Shown here: piece after piece, positions 20,820 through 34,936 of the stretch
How the letters are laid out: every line of letters starts with the position of its first letter
How positions within the stretch are numbered: position 1 is the first letter of the stretch
Source of the DNA: Rhynchopus sp. YZ270_cl-10
Lineage: Eukaryota
Reading direction: 5' to 3'
Assembly (NCBI GenBank): GCA_964035575.1
Contig: OZ037846.1
Coordinates: 806,001 to 870,000, forward strand
DNA length: 64,000 nucleotides
Made by a program: the position numbers and the translations under genes
The notes under the pieces: generated by a model
Database searches by the model: none
The model's input: the letters and a program-made list of their open reading frames with translations, nothing else
What the model was told of the DNA's origin: nothing

Positions 20820-21300
20820 CACTAACATCACACTGGCACCGTACTCATTTTAACAAAAACCAAGAACTTGCCCAATTCTGCAAATTGACCCCACCACAGA
20901 ACGGACGGATTCCGGAAATGCAAATGCCGGTGTTTTCGCGCACTTTCATGTTTCAGCATCAGGGAGAGAAAATCTGGGTTGTGGGATTTACCTTGGCCCC
21001 TTTACCTTACACTCATTTTGACCAAAACCAAGAACTTGGCCATTTCGGCAAATTGACCCCACCACAGTGCGGACAGATTCCGGAAATGCCAATCGCAGTA
21101 TGTTTTGGGGCTGAAAAATTTTCAGGGGAATTTTTTTTTTTTTTTTGAGCAGCATTTTTTGGCCGAAAATGGGCCCCACGTATAAGCAACCGGGCTCATA
21201 TTTTCAAAAAATTTAAGTATTCAAAAAATTGTCCAATTTTCGAGATTGACCCCACCACTGCACGGGTGAATCCCAAAAATGCAAATAAGGATGTTTTTGG
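20820..21300. repeat. Dispersed repeat with ~175-bp subunits (TTGACCCCACCACAGAACGGACGGATTCCGGAAATGC)
   Basis: Related blocks at ~37130-37320, ~55140-55545 and ~57400-57970 (inverted). Confidence 0.75.
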
Positions 21301-21830
21301 CACAAAATAAATCTGCCAAAAAAATTGTGCAGGGATTACGCTCCACGTGTGGAACGTATGGAAATCCATACGTGAATTGTTTTTGAAAAGGTGGAATCCA
21401 TACGTATCCATACGTAGGTAATTTGGGTTTTGGATTGGGCTGGGGTGGGGTAGGTGAGGGTGAGAGGTGGGGCTCCGCCCCCGCCTCTCACCTACCCCCT
21501 ACAGAATTCTATTTGTAGGAGACAATTTTCTATTTTACCGGAAAAGGAGCATGCAGCATGGCGAAAGAAAAGAAGTAGCGTACCGTGCGCCTGCGGCGCT
21601 AGATTGCAGTACACCCTTCCCGTGACTTAATAGGCAATTTTAAGCGCTATATTTGCTATATTTTCCTGCGGCACCACTTCCTATTTTTTTTTTTTTTTTG
21701 CTCTGCAAAAAGAAATAGAGTTTCCAATGTCTTAGGGAATTCTCTTCCCTTTTACAGCCACAAATGAAGCTTGAGCAAATCTGCAAAAAGTTGACCATTT
21801 TTTCAAAATGCAACACAACCGAGGCAACTA

Positions 21831-23750
21831 AAGGGGGAGTAGACCTATTATTACAGTGGACCTATTATTACCGTAATAATAGGTCCACCGTTTTTGGCCT
21901 TATATTTAAAGTTTAACTTTTGAAAGTTTAAAATCTTAACCCTTTATGGACCACGACCGATTTTTTCGATTTGCTAGGATCTTCTCTCCCATAGGGAAAA
22001 TGAGATCCGATGCATATTTTTGATCGTACCTGGCCGCAATTGAAAGATTTTGAGCAGATCTTTCAAATGGAGCAGAAAACGAAATAAAATGAGGAAAATG
22101 GAAAATGGAAAATTGAGGAGAGCTGATATTTTTTTCTGAAAATTTTGAAGAAGAAAATTATTCCGGCTGCGCACCTGTTTTTTCGGTTTTCGAAAATGGC
22201 TTTATTTGAAAGATCGGTTCAAAATCTTTCAAAAAAAAAAATCGATCAAAAAGTCCTAGTAGATAATGTCTCACTGCATGGAGAGAAGGTACCAACCAAC
22301 TACATATACCGTAATTGTACAGAGGTTGGACAGTACAAAAGTTGGGGCTTTTGGGACTTTTGGCCAACTTGGCATGGTGCTGAACAAAGGTGAACGCCAC
22401 ATCCCCCGCACATGTAATCTGTTTTCAGACGCCTGTTTCCCAAGCAAGAAGAAGTTGTCGACCAACACCCTCCTGCCAGTGTCTCTGTACCTTGACCGTG
22501 TTGATATAGATTTTCTGTACAATGTCCCTCAAAAGACAAAATGCAATAAATACACGGAGAAGAGGCACATCCAGTTCAGGGTCAGGAACTGCAACGACGC
22601 GTGTTACTTTGCCCAGTCGCGGGTATTTTCCATTATTTTAGTTTCGTTCTGAAGACCGTACAAAATGGTTCCCTGCACACCAAAGTTTGAATCCCTCTGA
22701 TGACTCAAGCGCGTCAGAATGGTACATTATTCCCAAAAAATGACCCAAAATACCCTATTATGTGATAATGCCGGGTGTGGATGAGAGGGGATGAGAGCGT
22801 CAAAAAAAATCGAATCTTGCGTCTTTTGAAAGATTTCGCACAAAATCTTCTCATTTAAAAAAAAAATCTTCAAAAAGTCCTAGTGGAAGCCAATTTAGGC
22901 GGTTGCGTGGACATATATGTCCCCTCTGGTCCTTAAAGGGTTAAGTTTAACTGTAATAATAGGTGTGACCCTAAGGTGGTAGGGTGGGTTGGCGGTGTGA
23001 GAACCATGCGTGGGCCACACACGGCACGCGTTTGGCAACCACACGTTGTGGTTAACGCCTGCATAGCATGTGCAGAGCGTTGTGTGTAACGCAAAGACAC
23101 AAAGGGGTTTTCCCATGGGGACGAGTTTGAGCAGCCCACCGAAGGTGGGCTGCGTTTGGTAACCACTCGTTCCCTTGCTTGGGTTCCTTTCGTTGCGTAC
23201 AGATCGGTTGCGTTGTGCTGGTTGTGTTTGTTGCCACATGTTCGTGGGTACCTGTTTGTTTCTTTTCAGATCTTTGCATACATCAACCACGATCAAGAGG
23301 GAGTGTTAAGGATTAGCAAAACTAAATTGCATCAAGGATACAACTGAGCTCGTCGTCGCTGTCGATCTCAAAAGGCTCTATCACATCGTGATCGAGGTCA
23401 ACGACAGAGATCGGCTCATCTTCCATCTCCACATCCACATCCAGAGACTCATCCAGATCCACTTATTGAGGTTCTGGTTTAGGCGGTGCAGACACAATCA
23501 CACGAGTCAGAGCCAGACATGTTTTAAAAGTTGGAATGATTTTGTCTTGTAATCCTGGCAGGACTGTTGACTATGTGGGGGCGGTAAGGGTGGAATAGGG
23601 GGTAACAGGGTAATAGGTGTAATAGTGGTTAATATAGCGCTTAAATAGAACTGTAATAATAGCACATTAAACTTTTCAGAAGTTAAACTTTTTTGGGATT
23701 TTTCAGAAAAATTTTTTTTTAAAGGTGTAATAATAGGTCTGCTCCCCCTT
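21831..23750. mobile_element. TA-target non-autonomous DNA transposon (family T1, copy 2)
   Basis: Same TIRs as 15204-17516. It splits the repeat GAGGCAACTA|CACTACTCC, which is intact at ~10261 and ~19482, showing a TA duplication. Confidence 0.9.
21940..22940. mobile_element. Non-autonomous piggyBac-like element (family P1, uninterrupted 1001-bp copy) nested in T1 copy 2
   Basis: TTAA|CCCTTTATGGACCA ... TGGTCCTTAAAGGG|TTAA. Confidence 0.9.
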
Positions 23751-24695
23751 TACACTACTCCAACAATTTTTCAAAAAAAAAAAGCAACACACAACACCAG
23801 GGAAGTTCCTAAGTGGGACCGAGAACATGAAATTCTGGATTTTAGTTTTTTTTTCCTTTTTTCCTTGGGGGGCTTTCTTGTGGTTTCTGGTGGGTTTCAC
23901 TGTAGGTGACACACCACCAGTGTGGTGAAATGGAAAAGCAAGAGTTTTCAGGGGGCAAGAAAAAAAATTGACAGCAAAATCCTGCACCATCCAGGGCTGT
24001 ATCCCCAATTTTTTTTGCCTGCGGCGCCATTTTTCATTTTTTGCTCTGCAAAAAAGGGTTCGTTGGAAGCTAGATTTTTACACCGTACCCAAAAATTTTT
24101 GCCTGCGGCGCCATTTATATTATTTTTTTGCTCCGCAAAAAAGTGCAAACGCCTCACCGTTCATCGGCGGAAGCACTCGTTCCACGGGTTATCGAACCCC
24201 AGAGAGCACTTCATTGGCATGCACACGGTTACCACGAAGGAGCGTATATGCAGGTACAAAATCACTGCCCCATCCAAATAATATTCCCAACGTCTTTGGG
24301 GATCCCCTTGCATTTTGCAGCCAAAATGCAACTAGACCAAAGCTGCAAAAAGTTCCGCGCGCGTGTAGCGCGCCCGGGTTTGGGACCCCTTTTTGAATTT
24401 CGAGGGGCGGTTAAAGTGGGCCCAGAATCACAGTTCTGACACTCATTTAGCATTGTGAGCAACTCACTAGTGGTCGTAACCAAAATTTGTATCAATCAAG
24501 AACTTGTCCATTTTCTCGAAATGACCCCACTACAGTGAGGGTAGAGCTCAGAAAGCCCGAAAAAGGGCAAAAAACCCCACCCAAAAAAAGGAAAAAAACG
24601 GGAACATAAATCCAGAATTTTGCTGTTTTTTCCGAGAACAAGGGGCAACCCTGCACAACACCCTAACTGGAGCACCACCCAGGTACATACAAAAG

Positions 24696-27600
24696 ATGCA
24701 TGGTTCGAGCTTCTTCTGTTTTGTGACCCTTCTGAAAGCTCTCTTTCTCAGTAGTTTCATTCAGAGCGCAGTTGGCATTGCATGTACGGCCGACGCCGGC
24801 GCTGATTGTACTACAACTTGTGGATCGCTTGGAGCTTGTTATAACACCATAATAGATTGCCCTCCGGGATATAAATGTACGATAGAATGTACAGGCGCAA
24901 ACTCTTGCGCTTCCATGGTGGTCAGAGCAGGGGCTGGGGTTGACCTTCAGATCTCATGCACCGCAAGTGCGGCTTGCTACGGCATGGACATCCAATCTGC
25001 TGACGCAGCATCTCTCACGCTCGCTTGTTCAACTGACCCTAGTTCTTGTCTGCAGCTGACATTAAAGTGTCCAACAGCTGGAACATGTGCTGCCGCGTGT
25101 CCTCAAAGATTTTACTGTAGTGACCAAGTCCTAGCAGTTGTAGATAGAACACCTGCTCCATCACCACCAACTCCGTCACCACCTACACCGAGTCCACCGA
25201 CCCCGAGTCCACCGCCTGAATGTACGGCCGACGCCGGCGCCGATTGTACTACTACTTGTGGAGCTTGTGTTCAAATCATCATAAATTGCCCTCTGGGAAA
25301 GAAATGTACGATACTATGTGAAGACACATATTCTTGCTACAACACGGTGGTCGCAGCAGGGGCTGGGGTTGACCTGGAAATAGTATGCACCAATCCTTCC
25401 TCTTGCAGGCGAATGGACATCCAAGCTGCTGACGCAGCATCTCTCACGATCGCCTGCTCATCTGAGACACTTGTTTGTCATGGTCTTGAATTAACGTGTC
25501 CAACAGCTGGAACATGTGCCGCTACGTGTGCTCAGAGAGGGGATTGTAGTGCCGAACTCCTAGCAGTTGTAGATAATCCACCTACATCAACACCTAGTCC
25601 TCCTACTACTTCACCACCTACGCCTAGTCCACCGACACCATCACCACCGACTCCGTCACCACCTACACCTAGTCCACCTACACCAAGTCCTCCGACTCCG
25701 TCACCACCTACACCAAGTCCACCTACGCCTAGTCCACCGACACCATCACCACCGACTCCGTCACCACCTACACCTAGTCCACCAACACCAAGTCCTCCGA
25801 CACCATCACCACCGACTCCTTCACCACCGACTCCGTCACCTACACCGAGTCCACCGACCCCGAGTCCACCGCCTGAATGTACGGCCGACGCCGGCGCCGA
25901 TTGTACTACTACTTGTGGAAATTGTGAGCACATCACGATAGCTTGCCCTCTGGGAAAGAAATGTACGATACTATGTGAAGACACACAATCTTGCTACAAC
26001 ACGGTGGTCGCAGCAGGGGCTGGGGTTGACCTGGAAATAGTATGCACCAATCCTATCTCTTGCAGGAGAATGGAGATCTACGCTGCTGACGCAGCATCTC
26101 TCACGGTCACCTGCTTATCTGGGTCACAAGTTTGTACTTTTCTTGAATTAACGTGTCCAACAGCTGGAACATGTGCCGCTACGTGTGCTCGGAGAGAGTA
26201 TTGTAGTGCCCAACTCCTAGCAGTTGTAGATAATCCACCTACATCAACACCAAGTCCTCCGACTCCGTCACCACCTACACCAAGTCCACCGACACCATCA
26301 CCACCTACTCCGTCACCACCTACACCTAGTCCACCGACACCAAGTCCACCTACACCAAGTCCTCCGACACCATCACCACCGACTCCGTCACCACCTACAC
26401 CAAGTCCACCGACACCATCACCACCGACACCAAGTCCTCCGACACCATCACCACCTACTCCGTCACCACCTACACCTAGTCCACCTACACCAAGTCCTCC
26501 GACACCATCACCACCGACTCCGTCACCACCTACACCAAGTCCACCGACACCAAGTCCACCGACACCAAGTCCACCTACACCAAGTCCTCCGACATCATCA
26601 CCACCGACACCAAGTCCTCCGACACCATCACCACCGACTCAGTCACCACCTACACCAAGTCCACCGACACCATCACCACCTACTCCGTCACCACCTACAC
26701 CTAGTCCACCGACACCAAGTCCACCTACACCAAGTCCTCCGACACCATCACCACCGACTCCGTCACCACCTACACCAAGTCCACCGACACCAAGTCCACC
26801 GACTCCGTCACCACCTACACCTAGTCCACCGACACCAAGTCCACCTACACCAAGTCCTCCGACACCATCACCACCGACTCCGTCACCACCTACACCTAGT
26901 CCTCCGACACCATCACCACCGACACCATCACCACCGACACCATCACCACCGACTCCGTCACCACCTACACCAAGTCCACCGACACCATCACCACCGACAC
27001 CAAGTCCACCGACACCAAGTCCACCGACTCCGTCACCACCTACACCTAGTCCACCGACACCAAGTCCACCGACTCCGTCACCACCTACACCTAGTCCACC
27101 GACACCAAGTCCACCTACACCAAGTCCTCCGACACCATCACCACCGACTCCGTCACCACCTACACCTAGTCCTCCGACACCATCACCACCGACACCATCA
27201 CCACCGACACCATCACCACCGACTCCGTCACCACCTACACCAAGTCCACAGACACCAAGTCCACCTACACCTAGTCCTCCGACACCAAGTCCTCCGACAC
27301 CATCACCACCGACTCCGTCACCACCTACACCTAGTCCACCGACACCAAGTCCTCCGACGCCATCACCACCGATTCCGTCACCACCTACACCAAGTCCACC
27401 GACACCAAGTCCTCCGACTCCGTCACCACCTACACCTAGTCCTCCGACACCATCACCACCGACACCAAGTCCTCCGACTCCGTCACCACCGACACCACGT
27501 CCACCGACACCAAGTCCACCTACACCAAGTCCTCCGACACCATCACCACCGACTCCGTCACCACCTACACCAAGTCCACCGACACCATCACCACCGACAG

Positions 27601-30600
27601 CAAGTCCACCGACACCATCACCACCGACTCCGTCACCACCTACACCACGTCCACCGACACCAAGTCCACCGACACCATCACCACCGACTCCGTCACCACC
27701 TACACCAAGTCGTCCGACACCAAGTCCTCCGACACCAAGTCCACCGACACCAAGTCCTCCGACTCCGTCACCACCGACACCACGTCCACCGACACCAAGT
27801 CCACCGACACCATCACCACCGACACCAAGTCCTCCGACACCAAGTCCACCGACACCAAGTCCTCCGACTCCGTCACCACCTACACCTAGTCCTCCGACAC
27901 CATCACCACCGACACCAAGTCCTCCGACTCCGTCACCACCGACACCACGTCCACCGACACCAAGTCCACCTACACCAAGTCCACCGACACCATCACCACC
28001 GACAGCAAGTCCACCGACACCAAGTCCTCCGACTCCGTCACCACCGACACCACGTCCACCGACACCAAGTCCACCGACACCATCACCACCGACACCAAGT
28101 CCTCCGACACCATCACCACCGACACCAAGTCCACCGACACCATCACCACCGACACCAAGTCCTCCGACACCAAGTCCACCGACACCAAGTCCTCCGACTC
28201 CGTCACCACCTACACCTAGTCCTCCGACACCATCACCACCGACACCAAGTCCTCCGACACCAAGTCCACCGACACCAAGTCCTCCGACTCCGTCACCACC
28301 TACACCAAGTCCACCGACACCATCACCACCGACAGCAAGTCCACCGACACCATCACCACCGACTCCGTCACCACCTACACCACGTCCACCGACACCAAGT
28401 CCACCGACACCATCACCACCGACTCCGTCACCACCTACACCAAGTCGTCCGACACCAAGTCCTCCGACACCAAGTCCACCGACACCAAGTCCTCCGACTC
28501 CGTCACCACCGACACCACGTCCACCGACACCAAGTCCACCGACACCATCACCACCGACACCAAGTCCTCCGACACCAAGTCCACCGACACCAAGTCCTCC
28601 GACTCCGTCACCACCTACACCTAGTCCTCCGACACCATCACCACCGACACCAAGTCCTCCGACTCCGTCACCACCGACACCACGTCCACCGACACCAAGT
28701 CCACCTACACCAAGTCCACCGACACCATCACCACCGACAGCAAGTCCACCGACACCAAGTCCTCCGACTCCGTCACCACCGACACCACGTCCACCGACAC
28801 CAAGTCCACCGACACCATCACCACCGACACCAAGTCCTCCGACACCATCACCACCGACACCAAGTCCACCGACACCATCACCACCGACACCAAGTCCTCC
28901 GACACCAAGTCCACCGACACCAAGTCCTCCGACTCCGTCACCACCTACACCTAGTCCTCCGACACCATCACCACCGACACCAAGTCCTCCGACACCAAGT
29001 CCACCGACACCAAGTCCTCCGACTCCGTCACCACCGACACCAAGTCCACCTACACCAAGTCCTCCGACACCATCACCACCTACTCCGTCACCACCTACAC
29101 CAAGTCCACCGACACCAAGTCCACCTACACCAAGTCCTCCGACATCATCACCACCGACACCAAGTCCTCCGACACCATCACCACCGACTCAGTCACCACC
29201 GACACCAAGTCCTCCGACTCCGTCACCACCTACACCTAGTCCTCCGACACCATCACCACCGACACCATCACCACCGACACCAAGTCCACCGACACCAAGT
29301 CCACCGACTCCGTCACCACCTACACCTAGTCCACCGACACCAAGTCCTCCGACGCCATCACCACCGACTCCGTCACCACCTACACCTAGTCCTCCGACAC
29401 CAAGTCCTCCGACACCATCACCACCGACTCCGTCACCACCTACACCTAGTCCACCGACACCAAGTCCTCCGACGCCATCACCACCGATTCCGTCACCACC
29501 TACACCAAGTCCACCGACACCAAGTCCTCCGACTCCGTCACCACCTACACCTAGTCCTCCGACACCATCACCACCGACACCAAGTCCTCCGACTCCGTCA
29601 CCACCGACACCACGTCCACCGACACCAAGTCCACCGACACCATCACCACCGACACCAAGTCCACCGACACCCAGTCCTCCGACTCCGTCACCACCTACAC
29701 CTCGTCCACCTACACCAAGTCCTCCGACACCATCACCACCTACTCCGTCACCACCTACACCTCGTCCACCTACACCAAGTCCTCCGACACCATCACCACC
29801 TACTCCGTCACCACCTACACCAAGTCCACCTACACCAAGTCCTCCGACATCATCACCACCGACACCAAGTCCTCCGACACCATCACCACCGACTCAGTCA
29901 CCACCGACACCAAGTCCTCCGACTCCGTCACCACCTACACCTAGTCCTCCGACACCATCACCACCGACACCAAGTCCTCCGACTCCGTCACCACCGACAC
30001 CACGTCCACCGACACCAAGTCCACCGACACCATCACCACCGACACCAAGTCCTCCGACACCAAGTCCACCGACACCAAGTCCTCCGACTCCGTCACCACC
30101 TACACCTAGTCCTCCGACACCATCACCACCGACTCCGTCACCACCTACACCAAGTCGTCCGACACCAAGTCCTCCGACACCATCACCACCGACTCAGTCA
30201 CCACCGACACCAAGTCCTCCGACTCCGTCACCACCTACACCTAGTCCACCGACACCATCACCACCGACACCATCACCACCGACACCATCACCACCGACAC
30301 CAAGTCCACCGACACCAAGTCCACCGACACCAAGTCCTCCGACTCCGTCACCACCGACACCACGTCCACCGACACCAAGTCCACCTACCCCAAGTCCTCC
30401 GACACCATCACCACCGACACCATCACCACCGACTCCGTCACCACCTACACCAAGTCCACCGACACCATCACCACCGACACCAAGTCCTCCGACACCAAGT
30501 CCACCGACACCAAGTCCTCCGACTCCGTCACCACCGACTCCGTCACCACCTACACCAAGTCGTCCGACACCAAGTCCTCCGACTCCGTCACCACCTACAC

Positions 30601-31847
30601 CTAGTCCACCGACACCATCACCACCGACACCAAGTCCACCGACACGATCACCACCGACACCAAGTCCTCCGACACCAAGTCCACCGACACCAAGTCCTCC
30701 GACTCCGTCACCACCGACACCAAGTCCACCGACACCATCACCACCGACTCCGTCACCACCTACACCTAGTCCACCTACACCTAGTCCTCCGACACCATCA
30801 GCACCGACACCAAGTCCTCCGACTCCGTCACCACCGACACCAAGTCCTCCGACTCCGTCACCACCTACACCACGTCCACCGACACCAAGTCCACCGACAC
30901 CATCACCACCGACACCAAGTCCTCCGACTCCGTCACCACCGACACCACGTCCACCGACACCAAGTCCACCGACACCATCACCACCGACGCCGTCACCACC
31001 TACACCTCGTCCACCTACACCTAGTCCTCCGACACCATCAGCACCGACACCAAGTCCTCCGACACCAAGTCCACCGACACCAAGTCCTCCGACTCCGTCA
31101 CCACCGACACCACGTCCACCGACACCAAGTCCACCGACACCATCACCACCGACTCCGGCACCACCTACAACGAGTCCTCCAACACCTAGTCCACCGACTC
31201 CGTCACCACCGACACCATCAGCACCGATGACATCAACAGCGACACCAAGTCCGTCGACGCCGTCACCACCTACACCGAGTCCTCCTTCTCCTTCACCACC
31301 GACTCCATCACCACCTGCAGCAAGTCCACCGACTACATCACCAGCGACACCGTTGCCGTCTGTGCTTGGTGGAGGTGTGACATTGATTCCTTCCACCATG
31401 CCACCACCAACTCCAGCACCTTCGACTCCAATACCACCATCACCTTCACCAGTAACTCCAAGACCAGAGACTCCGCCTATTGCAGTGGCAACAGTTATAC
31501 CTACTGCAATTCCAACAGCGGTACCGACAGCAGTTCCAGTAGTAGTACCCACAGCAGTGCCAGCCGCTGTTACGACTGCGATTCCAACAGTGCCTACAAC
31601 GGTTGAAACTGTTGCACCACTTGCATCAACAGTACCCACTGTAATTCGAACAGATGTCCCAACTGCGGTTGCAGCTGCAGTACAGAACGAAGCGGACTCT
31701 GAAATGTATTTTGTGGCCATTGGTGGTGGAGTAGGCGCGCTGTTGGTTGCTGTTGGTATTGGTGCCTTCGTGTGGCATGCACAGGGCAACAAGGGTTACA
31801 GCCCTCAGCAGAGCATAAATGCTAACCACCACACTGAACCGTTTTAG
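24696..31847 (+). CDS. Large Pro/Thr/Ser-rich type I membrane surface protein (mucin/extensin-like), 2383 aa
   Basis: Hydrophobic signal peptide, three ~120-aa Cys-rich repeats starting [14 protein letters not shown], more than 300 TPSPP units, a TM helix ([23 protein letters not shown]) and a short tail; uninterrupted frame. Confidence 0.9.
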   Translation: MHGSSFFCFVTLLKALFLSSFIQSAVGIACTADAGADCTTTCGSLGACYNTIIDCPPGYKCTIECTGANSCASMVVRAGAGVDLQISCTASAACYGMDIQSADAASLTLACSTDPSSCLQLTLKCPTAGTCAAACPQRFYCSDQVLAVVDRTPAPSPPTPSPPTPSPPTPSPPPECTADAGADCTTTCGACVQIIINCPLGKKCTILCEDTYSCYNTVVAAGAGVDLEIVCTNPSSCRRMDIQAADAASLTIACSSETLVCHGLELTCPTAGTCAATCAQRGDCSAELLAVVDNPPTSTPSPPTTSPPTPSPPTPSPPTPSPPTPSPPTPSPPTPSPPTPSPPTPSPPTPSPPTPSPPTPSPPTPSPPTPSPPTPSPPTPSPTPSPPTPSPPPECTADAGADCTTTCGNCEHITIACPLGKKCTILCEDTQSCYNTVVAAGAGVDLEIVCTNPISCRRMEIYAADAASLTVTCLSGSQVCTFLELTCPTAGTCAATCARREYCSAQLLAVVDNPPTSTPSPPTPSPPTPSPPTPSPPTPSPPTPSPPTPSPPTPSPPTPSPPTPSPPTPSPPTPSPPTPSPPTPSPPTPSPPTPSPPTPSPPTPSPPTPSPPTPSPPTPSPPTPSPPTPSPPTSSPPTPSPPTPSPPTQSPPTPSPPTPSPPTPSPPTPSPPTPSPPTPSPPTPSPPTPSPPTPSPPTPSPPTPSPPTPSPPTPSPPTPSPPTPSPPTPSPPTPSPPTPSPPTPSPPTPSPPTPSPPTPSPPTPSPPTPSPPTPSPPTPSPPTPSPPTPSPPTPSPPTPSPPTPSPPTPSPPTPSPPTPSPPTPSPPTPSPPTPSPPTPSPPTPSPPTPSPQTPSPPTPSPPTPSPPTPSPPTPSPPTPSPPTPSPPTPSPPIPSPPTPSPPTPSPPTPSPPTPSPPTPSPPTPSPPTPSPPTPRPPTPSPPTPSPPTPSPPTPSPPTPSPPTPSPPTASPPTPSPPTPSPPTPRPPTPSPPTPSPPTPSPPTPSRPTPSPPTPSPPTPSPPTPSPPTPRPPTPSPPTPSPPTPSPPTPSPPTPSPPTPSPPTPSPPTPSPPTPSPPTPSPPTPRPPTPSPPTPSPPTPSPPTASPPTPSPPTPSPPTPRPPTPSPPTPSPPTPSPPTPSPPTPSPPTPSPPTPSPPTPSPPTPSPPTPSPPTPSPPTPSPPTPSPPTPSPPTPSPPTPSPPTPSPPTPSPPTASPPTPSPPTPSPPTPRPPTPSPPTPSPPTPSPPTPSRPTPSPPTPSPPTPSPPTPSPPTPRPPTPSPPTPSPPTPSPPTPSPPTPSPPTPSPPTPSPPTPSPPTPSPPTPSPPTPRPPTPSPPTPSPPTPSPPTASPPTPSPPTPSPPTPRPPTPSPPTPSPPTPSPPTPSPPTPSPPTPSPPTPSPPTPSPPTPSPPTPSPPTPSPPTPSPPTPSPPTPSPPTPSPPTPSPPTPSPPTPSPPTPSPPTPSPPTPSPPTPSPPTPSPPTSSPPTPSPPTPSPPTQSPPTPSPPTPSPPTPSPPTPSPPTPSPPTPSPPTPSPPTPSPPTPSPPTPSPPTPSPPTPSPPTPSPPTPSPPTPSPPTPSPPTPSPPTPSPPTPSPPIPSPPTPSPPTPSPPTPSPPTPSPPTPSPPTPSPPTPSPPTPRPPTPSPPTPSPPTPSPPTPSPPTPSPPTPRPPTPSPPTPSPPTPSPPTPRPPTPSPPTPSPPTPSPPTPSPPTPSPPTSSPPTPSPPTPSPPTQSPPTPSPPTPSPPTPSPPTPSPPTPSPPTPSPPTPRPPTPSPPTPSPPTPSPPTPSPPTPSPPTPSPPTPSPPTPSPPTPSPPTPSRPTPSPPTPSPPTQSPPTPSPPTPSPPTPSPPTPSPPTPSPPTPSPPTPSPPTPSPPTPSPPTPSPPTPRPPTPSPPTPSPPTPSPPTPSPPTPSPPTPSPPTPSPPTPSPPTPSPPTPSPPTPSPPTPSPPTPSRPTPSPPTPSPPTPSPPTPSPPTPSPPTRSPPTPSPPTPSPPTPSPPTPSPPTPSPPTPSPPTPSPPTPSPPTPSPPTPSAPTPSPPTPSPPTPSPPTPSPPTPRPPTPSPPTPSPPTPSPPTPSPPTPRPPTPSPPTPSPPTPSPPTPRPPTPSPPTPSAPTPSPPTPSPPTPSPPTPSPPTPRPPTPSPPTPSPPTPAPPTTSPPTPSPPTPSPPTPSAPMTSTATPSPSTPSPPTPSPPSPSPPTPSPPAASPPTTSPATPLPSVLGGGVTLIPSTMPPPTPAPSTPIPPSPSPVTPRPETPPIAVATVIPTAIPTAVPTAVPVVVPTAVPAAVTTAIPTVPTTVETVAPLASTVPTVIRTDVPTAVAAAVQNEADSEMYFVAIGGGVGALLVAVGIGAFVWHAQGNKGYSPQQSINANHHTEPF
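26240..31170 (+). repeat. Coding 15-bp tandem array (TPSPP)n with higher-order duplications
   Basis: ACACCAAGTCCACCG / ACTCCGTCACCACCT variants; identical antisense ORFs at 27970 and 28705 indicate a 735-bp duplication. Confidence 0.97.
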
Positions 31848-33290
31848 TTGACCTGTGTCTCGTTTTGTTTTGTTCGATCCCCTTTCCCTGGTATGGAGAG
31901 GGATCGTGTGCACTCCCTCCGTTCCGTCGGCGCCTCGGCGCTCATCGGATTCAGCAGACGCCCAGGGTTGTGTGCCAAACACGTGCTTTTCTTGAATCTT
32001 TAAATCATGTTGTCCCCCCCTTCCCGATCAGGGTGGGGTAATGACTGTGTACCTGCTTACAGTTTCCCTGTAAACCACTCCCAAGCGCAACACTCCGGCG
32101 TTCGATAACCTGCGGAGTGTCAGTGCCTGCGTCCCTGAGGCGTTTGCACTATCAACTTCTTCTTCAGGCACAGTTCCTGACTCAAGGGTTTTATCTTTGA
32201 AAAGGTGACTACGTAGCTTCACCTTACTCACTATTGAATAAAATACTGTATACACACGAAGCTAATTTCATACCACCCCAACATTTTTGTTTATATAAAG
32301 ACAGTGCAAAGACTGCTGTGGCAGCTACACTGATGATCGGGTTATCAGAAAGAAAAGAAAGCGTGCAGGCCACTTGCCATGGCTGTGTAACTTAAGTGAC
32401 CTAAGTTTTCTTAGGGGGGAAAAAAAAAATAAACTCAAATCGCCTAAGTAACACAGCCATGACTTGCGCGCTGGCCGTTTTAAAATTGTCAAACAAATGT
32501 CACACAAAAAGAATGCGGGATGCATGCTTGCTTGGCAAGTACATGCATCTGTTTCTTTTTAAACTGTAGGATTCTGCACTCTTTCGTTTGTAACGGAAGA
32601 AGAGTAAAGTAACCGACGCACTCTCTGAACGAAACAGAGAACAAAGTATCATTTTATCAGTATCCCTTTTTTTCAGTATATTTTCTACCATCTTTTATTC
32701 CCTAAAAACGGATTCTTTTTTCGACGGATGTGTTGTGAGGACCAGTATCAATTCATCGAAGGAGATCCCTCTTGGTTTGCTCGTCTTTTTGTTTTTGAGA
32801 ATATTTCTGAATTTTTTTTTTTTTGTCAATTTTTTTTTGTCCATTTTTGACTTTTTACCCGTTTACAAAACTCCCAGTGTTGCGTGAAGCAAAAAGAACA
32901 CCCTTCTTAAGATGTGTGTGCACGTGAGGTATCTGGTACAGTACATAAACCCACCCCCCCCCTAGTAGTCCCCCCCTTAAAAGGTAACCTTTTGAATTTT
33001 TTTCACATTAGATAACTTCCATAACGTTTCTGAGGCCACAGGAGCAAAAATCGAGCAAAAAGTCCGAGTGGAAGATAGATGAATCAACGTCGAGAGGTAA
33101 AAAAAAACTAATTGGGCATTGGGTTTTCACCCGCTTTCACAAAACTATCTCTGCCGCAACAGGAAGAAACCCGAGACGGTCCACGTACTCAAGAGCTTCT
33201 GTTGTGTGCATGTGTCCTTCGTGAAGCACACCCATTTCAAAACATTCTTTTTTTTTTTTTTTTTGTAACTTCTATTCAGTAGCACACAAT

Positions 33291-33460
33291 GCATACGGCC
33301 CGAGTCGGGCAGAAAAATACTCCCGAATAAATATATATTCCAGACTGAGTCCAGGCGGAGTCTGGACTGACTCACTCAGCCTGGACTCACCCCGGTAAAT
33401 ATATCTCAGCCTGGGCTCAGCCAAAACTCAGGCTGAGTCGGCCCTACTCGGGCCATATGC
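33291..33460. mobile_element. Short MITE with internal GACTCA/TGAGTC motifs
   Basis: Termini GCATACGGCCCGAGT / ACTCGGGCCATATGC, flanked by AT on both sides. Confidence 0.55.
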
Positions 33461-33847
33461 ATAGTATGGTAGAATAGCAAGTATATGAAATGTATCTTCC
33501 TACGTTGTGCACTTGAACGAATGTAACTCAGAAGTTTTCGGTACTCAGAGTTCAGATTCCGCTCTCTGTTTATGTCCTTTTTTTGTCACTCTCTCATCAT
33601 AGCGAAACGTTTACCCACTGCATTGCACGGGGACAACGATAGCAGCTGCGCGCTGATGCGTGGTTTTTTCTTCTACTGCACCTTCTATTTCCTCTCTTCT
33701 CTTTGTTGTGTTTGGTTGCGATTTCGCCACATCATATTTGTTTCCCTGAATGGTGTTGCCGAGTCGTTTATAGGTTCTCATTAGAAATGTAGCTTGTCCC
33801 TCCCCTCATAGCTTTTTCCCTGTTACCCCCTACCTCTCTACTTGTTT

Positions 33848-33907
33848 TGTGTGGCTGAAGGGAGGTGCTATTTCCTGCTATGTTCTGCTATGGGGTCGGC
33901 CGCACCA
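33848..33907. mobile_element. Minimal 60-bp member of the TG...CA / 5-bp TSD family
   Basis: TGTGTGGCTGA ... GGCCGCACCA flanked by TGTTT on both sides. Confidence 0.6.
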
Positions 33908-34936
33908 TGTTTTGTGTTACCTCTCTAGGTTGAGCACGTCTCCCGAACGTATCTGGATACCCCGCTTTACAGTGGTATAAGCATGGTCTCTCAGTAGGGT
34001 GTTGCTGATGTGTATTGAGAGGTGCTTTTTCACCTTTAAAAATTCTAAAAAAAAAGAAGAAAAAAGTGCTCAGACAATCACAGAAGTGTCCAAAACCCGT
34101 TATTTGCGATCACTTTTTGGGCTATTTTTTCCAAAATAACCCCGGGCCTCACTTGTCCCAAAAATGGGGTATTTTGGACAATTGTATGTCCCCAATAGAA
34201 AACACCAAAACGCACACACCGTGTTTTTTCTGTTTCTTCAAAGCACAGGAGTGATGGCAAACAAGTACTTTGGACATCCATGTTTATATCCCATCAGTTT
34301 TTTTTTGTCTATTTTTACGGCTTTTGACTGTGCACAGTCGTCAGTGCTTCTTATTTTATGATTTTGTGCTGTTTTCTCCGTATTTATACAAATAAATCAG
34401 TTTTGGGATGTGTGTTTGACATCAGGTGTGGGTTATCCCTGGAATTCGAGGTATAGCCCATGGTGGGGGTGCTCATGTCACAGCTGTGTGTGTTTTTTTG
34501 TTTGATACCTGGGTAATTCTTGTGAAGAATATTGCCCCGTGTGTGTGTATGTGTTACAAACAAATGCGGCTAGTTCCTTAGCGGAGCATTGCCCATATGT
34601 TGCGTGTGGTGTGCGTTTCACCACAACCTCTCCCATGGGTTTTATCGTGCGATGAGTGTTAAGTTTCTATTTTTATACCTTCAAGCGTAGCTTAAAGGAG
34701 GAAATAGTTCCTCACATACGGTCGCCAATCACCCCCTCCAACAGGGTACACGACGTTGAAGTAACTTACTTTACTTGTGGTTTTACTTGTGGTTTTACAT
34801 GTAATAATTTTTACTTGTGGTCACAAGTAATTACTTGTGACCACAAGTAACTTTTACTTGTGCACAAGTAATTTTTTACTTGTGCACAAGTAACTTTTTA
34901 CTTGTGCACACGGTGCGCTGGTCAGAGATCTGACCA

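Noticed and set aside
25532..31792. Antisense Gly/Val-rich ORFs
   Set aside because: Mirror frames of the TPSPP array.
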